From an uncultured Desulfobacter sp. (GTDB lineage Bacteria; Desulfobacterota; Desulfobacteria; Desulfobacterales; Desulfobacteraceae): a stretch of DNA of 64,000 nt. Shown one piece after another: positions 11,127-20,732 of the stretch. Both the position numbers and the translations under genes were made by a program. The notes under the pieces are model-generated. The model searched no databases and was not told where the DNA came from. It was given only the letters and a program-made list of their open reading frames with translations. The stretch is from positions 3,456,001-3,520,000 of the forward strand of contig OY762069.1 of the NCBI GenBank assembly GCA_963665095.1, given 5' to 3'. Within the stretch, counting starts at the first letter, position 1, and each line of letters begins with the position of its first letter.

Positions 11127-11950
11127 TGAACAGCAAACGATTATTGGCTTATTATGGATTGAAGTACAATCCTTTTTTACCAAATATTCCTGTGGACTCA
11201 TTATGGCATCCACCCCGGATGGAGGCATTTATTACACGCCTTGAAAATATGACCATGAACGGTGGATTTGCATTAATCGCCGGTGAACCCGGTCTTGGCA
11301 AATCCAAGACACTACAGGCGATTGCCCATCAGCTTGGCAAGCTTGATGAAGTCGTTGTCGGCGTTATGGAGCGCCCCCAAAGCAGCGTGGCCGATTTCTA
11401 TCGGGAAATGGGGACACTGTTTGGTGTCAATTTGAGTCCGGCCAACCGTTACGGAGGGTTCAAAGATCTGCGGCAACGATGGAAAAATCATATTAAAACA
11501 ACCCTGTTCAGACCCGTCCTGCTCATTGATGAGGCTCAGGAAATGCTTACCGGATGCCTGAATGAGCTTCGGTTGCTCAACAGTATGGATTTTGACTCCC
11601 AGAATTTATTGACCACCATTATCTGTGGTGATACCCGGCTGCCGGAACGGTTCAGAACCAGTGCATTGGTAGCCCTGGGGAGTCGACTCCGGTTCCGGTT
11701 AAAATTGGATCCTTATACCCGGGAAGAATTGTTGGATTATATAGCGCATTGCCTAAATCAGGCCGGAGCTCCTCAACTCATGACAAAACCTTTAATCACC
11801 GCTTTGGTAGAGCACTGTACAGGAAACTTACGGGTCCTCAATAATATGTCGGCAGAACTGCTTGAAGTGGGCGTTCAAAGAGAGCTGCCGCAACTGGATG
11901 AGAAACTTTTCATAGAGCTTTTTTCACTGAAACCGTCGCCAACCAGATAA
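11126..11950 (+). CDS. ExeA/TnsC-like AAA ATPase (transposition helper)
   Basis: Walker A GEPGLGKS, Walker B LLIDEAQ, YYGLKYNPF N-terminus; start overlaps the transposase stop. Confidence 0.9.
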   Translation: MNSKRLLAYYGLKYNPFLPNIPVDSLWHPPRMEAFITRLENMTMNGGFALIAGEPGLGKSKTLQAIAHQLGKLDEVVVGVMERPQSSVADFYREMGTLFGVNLSPANRYGGFKDLRQRWKNHIKTTLFRPVLLIDEAQEMLTGCLNELRLLNSMDFDSQNLLTTIICGDTRLPERFRTSALVALGSRLRFRLKLDPYTREELLDYIAHCLNQAGAPQLMTKPLITALVEHCTGNLRVLNNMSAELLEVGVQRELPQLDEKLFIELFSLKPSPTR

Positions 11951-11961
11951 GAGGTATAAAA

Positions 11962-12204
11962 ATGACAATCAATGAAACACAACTTGAAAAAACAATGGCT
12001 GAAATTGTCGACGAGCTGGGCAATCTGGTCATGGAGTTGATCCTTGTCAGTTTAAAAAAAATAAACTCGGAAAATCATCTTTTGACAGAATTGCTGGAGA
12101 TCAAACAAGAGGAACAAAGAGAAAATGAATTTTATGGTTTTGGTGAAACGGAGCCGGGACATCCTGGGGAGGAAACCCGGCAAGGGATAGCCAAAAGCAG
12201 GTAG
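11962..12204 (+). CDS. Small acidic hypothetical protein within the transposon
   Basis: 80-aa ORF with GAGG RBS, same operon. Confidence 0.6.
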   Translation: MTINETQLEKTMAEIVDELGNLVMELILVSLKKINSENHLLTELLEIKQEEQRENEFYGFGETEPGHPGEETRQGIAKSR

Positions 12205-12220
12205 CATTGAATAATGCGCC

Positions 12221-12252
12221 GGGGGAAGCGGGGTTGACCTGCTTCCCCTTTC
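12221..12252 (+). terminator. Putative intrinsic terminator of the transposon operon
   Basis: GGGGAAGCGGG…CCTGCTTCCCC stem followed by TTT. Confidence 0.55.
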
Positions 12253-12419
12253 TGTATTATTCAAGCTTTCCTGCTCATGCCTTAAAAAACCCAATAAAAT
12301 CAGTCGGAGCGCAGCGACATCTGCTAATCATTGAAAATACAGTTATGCCTTTCCCTGATTTATCCTGATTGTCGCTCCATTGATTATCGTGCTTCCTCTC
12401 ATTTTACCCAGATCGACCT

Positions 12420-15400
12420 GTTTCAATCCACGCCCCCGCATGGAGGGCGACACATTTGGACAGTCAACGGTGTAGAGATGGTTTTTGTTTCAATCCACGC
12501 CCCCGCATGGAGGGCGACCTTAGCTTTTAAATACGTAGCGCAGTTGAACAAGTTTCAATCCACGCCCCCGCATGGAGGGCGACCGAGTTTTTGATACCAT
12601 AATCGTTTACAAGGAGTGTTTCAATCCACGCCCCCGCATAGAGGGCGACTGCCTAAAAGTGATGCCATGTTAATGGCATTCACTGTTTCAATCCACGCCC
12701 CCGCATGGAGGGCGACCAGCAGGGCATAGTCAAACGGCACGTTCAAGGGCTTGTTTCAATCCACGCCCCCGCATGGAGGGCGACTCTGTGGATGTTTTAA
12801 GGGTTTGTTGTCAGAGTTTGTTTCAATCCACGCCCCCGCATGGAGGGCGACCGTAAAGAGCGAATTGCAGTTGATGAACGGCAGCGTTTCAATCCACGCC
12901 CCCGCATGGAGGGCGACACGGTGACCTTGATGCCGCTGATGATGTATGTGCCGTTTCAATCCACGCCCCCGCATGGAGGGCGACAAGTAACAACCGCTGG
13001 GACAAGAGTTGTTACACTGTTTCAATCCACGCCCCCGCATGGAGGGCGACCATTGTGCCCAACTTTAGGGCCAACGTGTCCCGTGTTTCAATCCACGCCC
13101 CCGCATGGAGGGCGACTATTTTCCCTGCCGGTGTGGGGCAAAAGGTTGATGTTTCAATCCACGCCCCCGCATGGAGGGCGACCATTGTGCCAAATTTTAG
13201 GGCTAACGTGTCCCGTGTTTCAATCCACGCCCCCGCATGGAGGGCGACATTATTTTTCAATCAATTCAATGTTTGTGGCGGTGTTTCAATCCACGCCCCC
13301 GCATGGAGGGCGACCAGAGTCACCAAGGGAGACTTGTTTAAGGGCTTGTTTCAATCCACGCCCCCGCATGGAGGGCGACACAAAAATTGTTACACTGCAG
13401 AGGAGGCAATAACGTTTCAATCCACGCCCCCGCATGGAGGGCGACCATCTGCAGCTCTTTTTTACCAGGGTCCATATACGTTTCAATCCACGCCCCCGCA
13501 TGGAGGGCGACCGTCAGGCGTGTCTGTGGGACATTAAGTATCACATGTTTCAATCCACGCCCCCGCATGGAGGGCGACCCAGACCCAGACCCAGACCCAG
13601 ACCAATGCTAAGTTTCAATCCACGCCCCCGCATGGAGGGCGACCACAAACCAGACCAAATCTGAGACCAATGCTAAGTTTCAATCCACGCCCCCGCATGG
13701 AGGGCGACCGTCGAAAAACAGACAATCCCGCTCCAAGTGCCTGTTTCAATCCACGCCCCCGCATGGAGGGCGACCAAGAGCTGTTACACTGCAGAGGAGG
13801 CAGCAACGTTTCAATCCACGCCCCCGCATGGAGGGCGACCCCAATGTTTTCAGTGACTTAGGAGCAATACTGCGTTTCAATCCACGCCCCCGCATGGAGG
13901 GCGACGCAAGCACTTTAGGGGTTTGTTGGCGGAGTTTGAGTTTCAATCCACGCCCCCGCATGGAGGGCGACGCGCGAAGAGAGGCGCTGGATTCGTTTCC
14001 TTCCCGTTTCAATCCACGCCCCCGCATGGAGGGCGACCTGCAGCCTTTTCTTTGGGGGAAGTAGAGTCATTGTTTCAATCCACGCCCCCGCATGGAGGGC
14101 GACTCCCGTTTGGCGCTGAATTCAGCGCTGAGGTGTACGTTTCAATCCACGCCCCCGCATGGAGGGCGACGCCTAAAAGTGATGCCACGTTAATGGCATT
14201 CACTGTTTCAATCCACGCCCCCGCATGGAGGGCGACACTACTGGCCATTGTGCCAAATTTTAGGGCCAACGTTTCAATCCACGCCCCCGCATGGAGGGCG
14301 ACACCTTTTGCTGCTGGCGTTCCTGTCATAGTTATTCGTTTCAATCCACGCCCCCGCATGGAGGGCGACCCGCATGGCTTTCACTGCTTCCCATGTTCCA
14401 GGCGTTTCAATCCACGCCCCCGCATGGAGGGCGACCGCATGGCTTTCACTGCTTCCCATGTTCTATGCGTTTCAATCCACGCCCCCGCATGGAGGGCGAC
14501 ATAGGTGATCCCGATTTTCCAGACCTGCAATATGTTTCAATCCACGCCCCCGCATGGAGGGCGACACCCAACCAAACCGGGTTAAAAGCGGACAAAACCG
14601 TTTCAATCCACGCCCCCGCATGGAGGGCGACGACTATAGGCCGCTTAAATCAGGCGGGATCAGCTGTTTCAATCCACGCCCCCGCATGGAGGGCGACCCA
14701 AATGTTCCAGCTGTTCCGGCTGTTACAACGTGTTTCAATCCACGCCCCCGCATGGAGGGCGACGCGACTTTGATGCCGCCGAGGACGTATGTGCTGTTTC
14801 AATCCACGCCCCCGCATGGAGGGCGACCCCAATGTTTTCAGGGACTTAGGAGCAATACTGCGTTTCAATCCACGCCCCCGCATGGAGGGCGACTTTCTCT
14901 TTCAGCTACTCCGATGTCCCAGTCCACGTTTCAATCCACGCCCCCGCATGGAGGGCGACATTATTCAGCCTCCCCCATCACCCGGTACCGGCCGTTTCAA
15001 TCCACGCCCCCGCATGGAGGGCGACAGGGCGGGATTTGAACCCGCGATGTGCTGAGGGGTTTCAATCCACGCCCCCGCATGGAGGGCGACCTGGTTGTGA
15101 GCTGGTAAGCAAGCGCCAGCTCACGTTTCAATCCACGCCCCCGCATGGAGGGCGACAACTTGCTCCCATGCCCTACTACTCCAAGCCCGTGTTTCAATCC
15201 ACGCCCCCGCATGGAGGGCGACTCGCGGCAGCGGCCGTGATACCGCCCCTGTCACCGTTTCAATCCACGCCCCCGCATGGAGGGCGACCCAATGTTTTCA
15301 GGGACTTAGGAGCAATACTGCGTTTCAATCCACGCCCCCGCATGGAGGGCGACGCTCTAATTTGCAGTATAGATAACTATACCGCCGGTTTCAATCCACG

Positions 15401-16276
15401 CCCCCGCATGGAGGGCGACTTGTCATGAAGATAGACGCGCTTATAGACAAAATGTTTCAATCCACGCCCCCGCATGGAGGGCGACAAGACCCACGCCCCG
15501 CCTTTTGTCTCCACATCCTGTTTCAATCCACGCCCCCGCATGGAGGGCGACCGCCGGACTTGCGGAAATATTACCGGGTGGTCAGGTTTCAATCCACGCC
15601 CCCGCATGGAGGGCGACTGGGCGCGTTCAAAAAAGACAAACCACTTTTCAGGTTTCAATCCACGCCCCCGCATGGAGGGCGACTCGCGATTGCTATTTGA
15701 GGCTTTATATCGCGGTTGTTTCAATCCACGCCCCCGCATGGAGGGCGACCAGCCCGGTTAGTTGGTGCACCTACCTGCGTGGTCGTTTCAATCCACGCCC
15801 CCGCATGGAGGGCGACTCTTCAATCCCGTTCATAATGAGATTGTTTTAAGCGTTTCAATCCACGCCCCCGCATGGAGGGCGACGTAGAGCATAGTCAAAC
15901 GACCTGTTCAAAGCTTTGTTTCAATCCACGCCCCCGCATGGAGGGCGACCGCCAGGCATATGAAACGGATGAACAGTATGAAGTTTCAATCCACGCCCCC
16001 GCATGGAGGGCGACCAAGATTTTTTTCAAACAACTGTGCCTTCTCCCGTTTCAATCCACGCCCCCGCATGGAGGGCGACTGTCAGGCACCACAACATCCT
16101 CTGCAGGTGTCGTGTTTCAATCCACGCCCCCGCATGGAGGGCGACCCCAAAATACGCTATACAGATGGAAAAGCACTTGTTTCAATCCACGCCCCCGCAT
16201 GGAGGGCGACACCCGCAACCGGTCTATGGATGTTTTAAAGGCCCGTTTCAATCCACGCCCCCGCATGGAGGGCGAC
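12420..16276 (-). CRISPR. Type I-C CRISPR array, leader-proximal segment (about 59 repeats, 58 spacers)
   Basis: Same 32-bp repeat; one repeat SNP in the unit at about 12618; adjacent to leader and cas2. Confidence 0.98.
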
Positions 16277-16499
16277 AGTTACTATGTTAACCTGCTATAA
16301 TTTAACAAAAACAAATTGTCAAAGAGCGATCCTTCCCAAAGCTTTGGTTTTAAAAAGCATACGACCGGCCAAGGAGAAAAAAATGACATGATTTCAGATA
16401 GTTTTATAAATGCGAACCAATAAGTACCTACTCCCGTGATATCAATCTACAGCAACCTGATTTGACCTTTTAAGACAATTCGAACTTAGGGTTCGCAAG
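16277..16499 (-). promoter_or_regulatory. CRISPR leader
   Basis: AT-rich non-coding region between cas2 and the first repeat; contains an inverted TGCGAACC / GGTTCGCA pair like those in I-C leaders. Confidence 0.8.
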
Positions 16500-16787
16500 C
16501 TACAAGATCAATGGCTCATCAAAGTCAATGGACTTTTTGGCACCGATATGCTCAACCCGCCTTTTCCAGTTTGACCCGAGAAAATAGAATCTTAAACTAT
16601 CTATATCAGGATTTATTTCATCAATCAGCTTTTGTCTTAAAACCGTCCATTGAGCAGGATCGACCACACACTCAAAAACAGAATACTGAACTCTTTGGCC
16701 ATAATTCTGACATGCTTTTGCAACGCGCCGCAGACGCTTTGCCCCTTTTTTTTCTATGGAAACATCATAGCTTATCAATACCAGCAC
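16500..16787 (-). CDS. cas2: CRISPR-associated endonuclease Cas2
   Basis: LISYDV…RVQYSVFEC…DSLRFY. Confidence 0.97.
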   Translation of the reverse strand: MLVLISYDVSIEKKGAKRLRRVAKACQNYGQRVQYSVFECVVDPAQWTVLRQKLIDEINPDIDSLRFYFLGSNWKRRVEHIGAKKSIDFDEPLIL

Positions 16788-16801
16788 AATAACTCCTTGG
16801 T

Positions 16802-17833
16802 CTATTTCCAGATAAAAGGGGGATATCCATCCAGATCCCCGCGGATAAACCTTGCCAAAAGCAGAGCCTGAATAAAAAACAAGGTTCCGATCTGAATTTT
16901 TTCATTGAGAAATGGATGGAACAGGCTCTCCTGCTTTCTTTTCTGATAAGTGGTAAGAACTGTTTTCCGGGTGTCATCATCCATATGAACGGCTCCGGAC
17001 TCTTTGACGACAAACCCGTCAGGTCTGACCTGACCTCTGTTAATCATTGACAGTACAAGTCTGTCGGCAAGAAACGGTCTGAACTCCTCCATCATGTCCA
17101 GGGCGAGGCCGGGCCGACCTGGCCGATCCCTGTGAAGAAAACCTACTGAAGTATCCAGTCCCACCGATTCCAGGGCAGACCGGACATCATGAACCAGCAG
17201 TGTATAAACAAAAGATAGCAGGCAATTCACTCTGTCCGTAGGAGGCCGTCTGTTCCTTCCTGAAAAAGAGAAATCGTCCTTTTGCTGAAAAATCAACTCA
17301 TCAAAAACACTGAAGTATTGATGGGCCGCGTCGCCCTCAATGCCGCGAAGGATGTCCAGGTCCTCCTTCTGCAGTTCCTTGCGAATGTAAATTGACAGCC
17401 GGTTGGATACTTTTTTGACTAAGGCCTGGTCTACTTTTTCGGAATGATCCCGCAGGCATCGTTCAAGCACGGTCCGGCAGTTGGCCAGTTTCCCGGTTAG
17501 GACAAAGCCTGCCACCTGTGCGGAAACATCCGGCTTGTCCGCCATCCGGAACTGCTTTCTTCGCAATAAAACATTGCCGGATACCGGTCCTTTGACCATG
17601 GCCAGAAACTTTCCGTATTCAGTCAAAAAGCTTATTGCCACATCATTTTCCGCACAAAATCCCATCAGGTAGGGGCTGCACCCCACAGAACCAAAACAGA
17701 CAATGCCGTCAAGGGTGTGAATGGGAATCCGCAATACGGTTTTCTGTTCAATTTTTACCGCAACGGTTTCCCCGTCTTTAGACAGGTACGCCCCTTGGGT
17801 GGTGACAAACAATGTATTCAGATGCTTTTTCAT
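16802..17833 (-). CDS. cas1: Type I-C Cas1
   Basis: MKKHLNTLFVTTQGAYL, RGIEGDAA, GFLHRDRPGRPGLALDMMEEFR, YPPFIWK. Confidence 0.98.
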   Translation of the reverse strand: MKKHLNTLFVTTQGAYLSKDGETVAVKIEQKTVLRIPIHTLDGIVCFGSVGCSPYLMGFCAENDVAISFLTEYGKFLAMVKGPVSGNVLLRRKQFRMADKPDVSAQVAGFVLTGKLANCRTVLERCLRDHSEKVDQALVKKVSNRLSIYIRKELQKEDLDILRGIEGDAAHQYFSVFDELIFQQKDDFSFSGRNRRPPTDRVNCLLSFVYTLLVHDVRSALESVGLDTSVGFLHRDRPGRPGLALDMMEEFRPFLADRLVLSMINRGQVRPDGFVVKESGAVHMDDDTRKTVLTTYQKRKQESLFHPFLNEKIQIGTLFFIQALLLARFIRGDLDGYPPFIWK

Positions 17834-18481
17834 TTAATCTACATCTTCCTGAACCATTCGTTTCAACCAGGATGAAACGGTTCTTTTTTTTCCAATGGTT
17901 TTTGGCATACACAATGAATAGAATGAACAGGTATCGCATTTTTTAGCGTACCTGGGCGGCGGAGTAATCCCGGATTCAACCATCTTATGGAGTTGGTCTG
18001 CGGCGTCTATGGTCTTTTGTCTTAATTCCTCATCAAAAGCGACCTCCAGCCGACGCCTTGTTTTACCATAAAAAAGGGCGCCGGCCGAAATGCCAACATC
18101 CAGCATCTCCTCAAGGCACAGGGCCTGGGCGCAAAGCTGCACTTTGTCGGACAGGTCCTTTTTGGGCTTTCCCCGCTTGTATTCAACCGGAAAGGGAGAC
18201 CATTTATTAACACCGTCCTCTGTCCGGTGAAATTCAACCACATCCGCTTTTCCTGTTAACCCTAAGCGGGCAGATTTCAGGAGCAGCCCGTATTCAATCC
18301 TGACTTTCCCTTTGTCTGCCTGATCCCCTCTATCCACTCTTTCGTGCATAACCCTGCCCTGTGCTGTGAACAGATTCTCCTCCCACAACTGCTCCACATG
18401 AATCAAGGCGCACTGCCGTTCACAGAAAAGAATGTGCTGTAGTGCGGATAACTGCAGAAACTGCTTTTCCTGATACGCCAT
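17834..18481 (-). CDS. cas4: Cas4 exonuclease
   Basis: FCERQCAL, GKADVVEF, PVEYKRG, KCDTCSFYSLC Fe-S cysteines. Confidence 0.97.
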   Translation of the reverse strand: MAYQEKQFLQLSALQHILFCERQCALIHVEQLWEENLFTAQGRVMHERVDRGDQADKGKVRIEYGLLLKSARLGLTGKADVVEFHRTEDGVNKWSPFPVEYKRGKPKKDLSDKVQLCAQALCLEEMLDVGISAGALFYGKTRRRLEVAFDEELRQKTIDAADQLHKMVESGITPPPRYAKKCDTCSFYSLCMPKTIGKKRTVSSWLKRMVQEDVD

Positions 18482-18544
18482 ATTGCCCTTTCCCGACCAA
18501 AACCGTTTATATTCCCGCCGGTAGAATAAATATCAGCTGACATT

Positions 18545-19822
18545 TTAAAATCCGACCTCCCCAATATAAGGAAGGGCACCGTATCGTCCCTGAAGATACC
18601 CCTTTTCCAGCGCATCCCTTTTACAAGGATGAAAATCGGATAGCGAATAAAGCTGTGTGGCAGACGCGTTATCCTTTTCCACAAACCAGATCTGATCCCA
18701 TCTTAAAATTTTTAAATCCAGGATGGATGTATCATGGGTGGAAAAGACAAGCTGTCCATTGGCCTTATTAGAGACACGATTATGGATCATCCGAAGCAAA
18801 AACCGAATCATATGAGGATGAAAACTATTATTTAATTCATCAACAATCAATACCCGTCCATTTGTCAAAAGATCCAGCCAGGGACCGGCATAGGCAAAAA
18901 TTTTCTGCGTCCCAGCCGACTCATCCTCCAGTTTGAACGAGGTGGTCTGCTCCGAATCATTCATTTTATGGATGAATTCAACCTGCTTGAAACCTGTCCC
19001 GTTCAAATCCGTTGCTATTTTTTTCTTCAGCTCTCCGGGAACATTATCAGGCATTTTAATTTTATCTGTACTCAATTTGTCTGTTTTAATCCGGATGCCA
19101 TCCAGATTAACATCCGCACCTTTCATAAATGCCAGCACAGTGTTTCTGACAGTTTCTTCCTCACATTGTTCAATGGTAAACCCGGGATCAACATTCACCC
19201 CATGTCCGATAATCATCAATTTTTTAAACCAGGCAAACACTGGTTTTAACTGTTCACTGTTCAATTGCACAGCAACCGACAGGAAAAGGGCATTGGGGCG
19301 TGTATTCTCTTTCCATGTTTTTTTATTTCCGGCGAGTTTATTGCCCAAAGACCAGGCTTCTTCACCGGTTTTAGAATCAAATGAACGCTCAAACCATCGT
19401 TGAGGCCGGCTTTCCGGGTATGCCAGAAGCCACTCCCCGGTAACCCGTGCCTCATTACATGCAAATCCGTATTGGTACCGTACCTCGTCCTGGATAAAAA
19501 AAATCTCAAGTTCTGTTGACTCTGAAAGTCCCTGAGAATTCAGTCTGAATGGGAAACGATTGATAGTGTCTCCATCCTGTCCATGTCTGGAAGAGTCCAG
19601 GACAAAGCGCTGCATAAAGCCAAGCGCAGAAATCAAATTGCTTTTGCCCGCCCCATTGGGTCCCCAAATAACAGCAGACTTTAACAGTTTCAATAATCCC
19701 TTTATGGGGGTATCAAACACATTGCTGTCCTGCAGATCCTTAATGGCATTGCCTGCCGTCATGCTAAGGGTCTGCTGTTCCCACACAGATTTATAATTTT
19801 TTACACTGAATTCAATAAGCAT
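18545..19822 (-). CDS. AAA_21/AbiEii/RloA-like ABC-type ATPase inserted in the cas operon
   Basis: MLIEFSVKNYKS, GPNGAGKSN, ESAGT, LIVDEL…HP, FSTHD, GRYGALP. Confidence 0.85.
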   Translation of the reverse strand: MLIEFSVKNYKSVWEQQTLSMTAGNAIKDLQDSNVFDTPIKGLLKLLKSAVIWGPNGAGKSNLISALGFMQRFVLDSSRHGQDGDTINRFPFRLNSQGLSESTELEIFFIQDEVRYQYGFACNEARVTGEWLLAYPESRPQRWFERSFDSKTGEEAWSLGNKLAGNKKTWKENTRPNALFLSVAVQLNSEQLKPVFAWFKKLMIIGHGVNVDPGFTIEQCEEETVRNTVLAFMKGADVNLDGIRIKTDKLSTDKIKMPDNVPGELKKKIATDLNGTGFKQVEFIHKMNDSEQTTSFKLEDESAGTQKIFAYAGPWLDLLTNGRVLIVDELNNSFHPHMIRFLLRMIHNRVSNKANGQLVFSTHDTSILDLKILRWDQIWFVEKDNASATQLYSLSDFHPCKRDALEKGYLQGRYGALPYIGEVGF

Positions 19823-19886
19823 GATGCATTTTCCAAATTTGGAAAAAAACAAAAAAACTGCATTTTTTGCAATGAAAATATAATTT

Positions 19887-20702
19887 CTATTGTTTTAGGC
19901 TCCGGTTTCTTTGTTTTTCATGGACCTCATCCACAAGATCCATGGACACTTTCCAGACCTGTTCACAAAAGGCTGAAAACGCGTTTAACGCCTCCGGTTC
20001 CGGCAACAGTTCACCACCACCTTGAATCTGTCCGACAGCGTAATGATACTGGGACAGTGCATCAATATAGGTTTTGCGCGCTTCCTTTGGCACAATGACG
20101 GGCGGCAGGCCCGCCTTTAAGACCGGCAGGTTGGCAACAAGTCTTGCCATCCTGCCGTTACCATCAAAAAAGGGATGAATGTGAACAAAGGAGACATGAA
20201 GAGCAACATAAGCCTGCAATGCCGTTTCTCTATCCCCGGGCACAGTTGATGACATAAGCTTATGATAGAGCGTAAACCACTTTTCCATAAGTTGGGGGAC
20301 ATCTTCGGGCAATGCATACTCAAAGACCACCTGTTTCTCATCCACCACGCCCACAGTGGAGTTGGGCTCTTTTTTCCAGCCCCCCACAGGTTTGTATATA
20401 TCAACAACCACATGGGTCTGAACCGCTTTGTGAAGATTGAACAGCGCCTCTTCATCAAAAGATCCCCCCTGGTCCAGCAATCCATAAACCAGATCAATGG
20501 CCCTGGCATGACCCACCACCTCCTCATGGTCCTTGAGGGGCTTGCCCGAAACGGTCAAGCCCTCTTCAAGAACAAAGGCGGTTTCACCCAAAGTCAGGGA
20601 GTTGCCCTCAATGGCTGTGGAGGTGTGGGTCCACAGGTTGCGCAGCTGGGTTATCAGGGCTTTTTGGAGGTCTTTGTCAAGATCCTGTAAAAAATAAAGC
20701 AT
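19887..20702 (-). CDS. Fic-family protein inserted in the cas operon
   Basis: Canonical HPFFDGNGRMAR motif; N-terminal STAIEGN inhibitory-type motif. Confidence 0.92.
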   Translation of the reverse strand: MLYFLQDLDKDLQKALITQLRNLWTHTSTAIEGNSLTLGETAFVLEEGLTVSGKPLKDHEEVVGHARAIDLVYGLLDQGGSFDEEALFNLHKAVQTHVVVDIYKPVGGWKKEPNSTVGVVDEKQVVFEYALPEDVPQLMEKWFTLYHKLMSSTVPGDRETALQAYVALHVSFVHIHPFFDGNGRMARLVANLPVLKAGLPPVIVPKEARKTYIDALSQYHYAVGQIQGGGELLPEPEALNAFSAFCEQVWKVSMDLVDEVHEKQRNRSLKQ

Positions 20703-20732
20703 TTTTGCCTTCTTGATTTTATCTTCCTTTGT

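Larger units (their letters stand above)
8842..12419 (+). mobile_element. Four-gene DDE-transposase/AAA-ATPase transposon (IS21/Mu/Tn7-like architecture) inserted in the CRISPR array
   Basis: Terminal IR CTGGGTAAAA (8842-8851) / TTTTACCCAG (12402-12411); internal inverted ATAATCAATGGA at 8952-8963 and 12376-12387; exact ends uncertain by a few bp. Confidence 0.9.

Noticed and set aside
8838..12420. CGACCTG as a conventional target-site duplication
   Set aside because: It would imply a 2-bp original spacer and it overlaps the IR; cannot be called a TSD without other copies of the element.
13579..13611. Spacer (CCAGAC)n as a self-target of the TCTGG repeats at about 59290
   Set aside because: Different period (6 vs 5 bp) and no seed or PAM match; low-complexity coincidence.
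4976..16276. Equal size of the two array halves (about 59 repeats each) as a segmental duplication
   Set aside because: Spacer content differs between halves; the symmetry looks coincidental.
4879..16300. Dozens of ORFs with recurring FQSTPPHGGR, FNPRPRMEGD, VSIHAPAWRAT peptides
   Set aside because: Translations of the stop-free CRISPR repeat, not genes.
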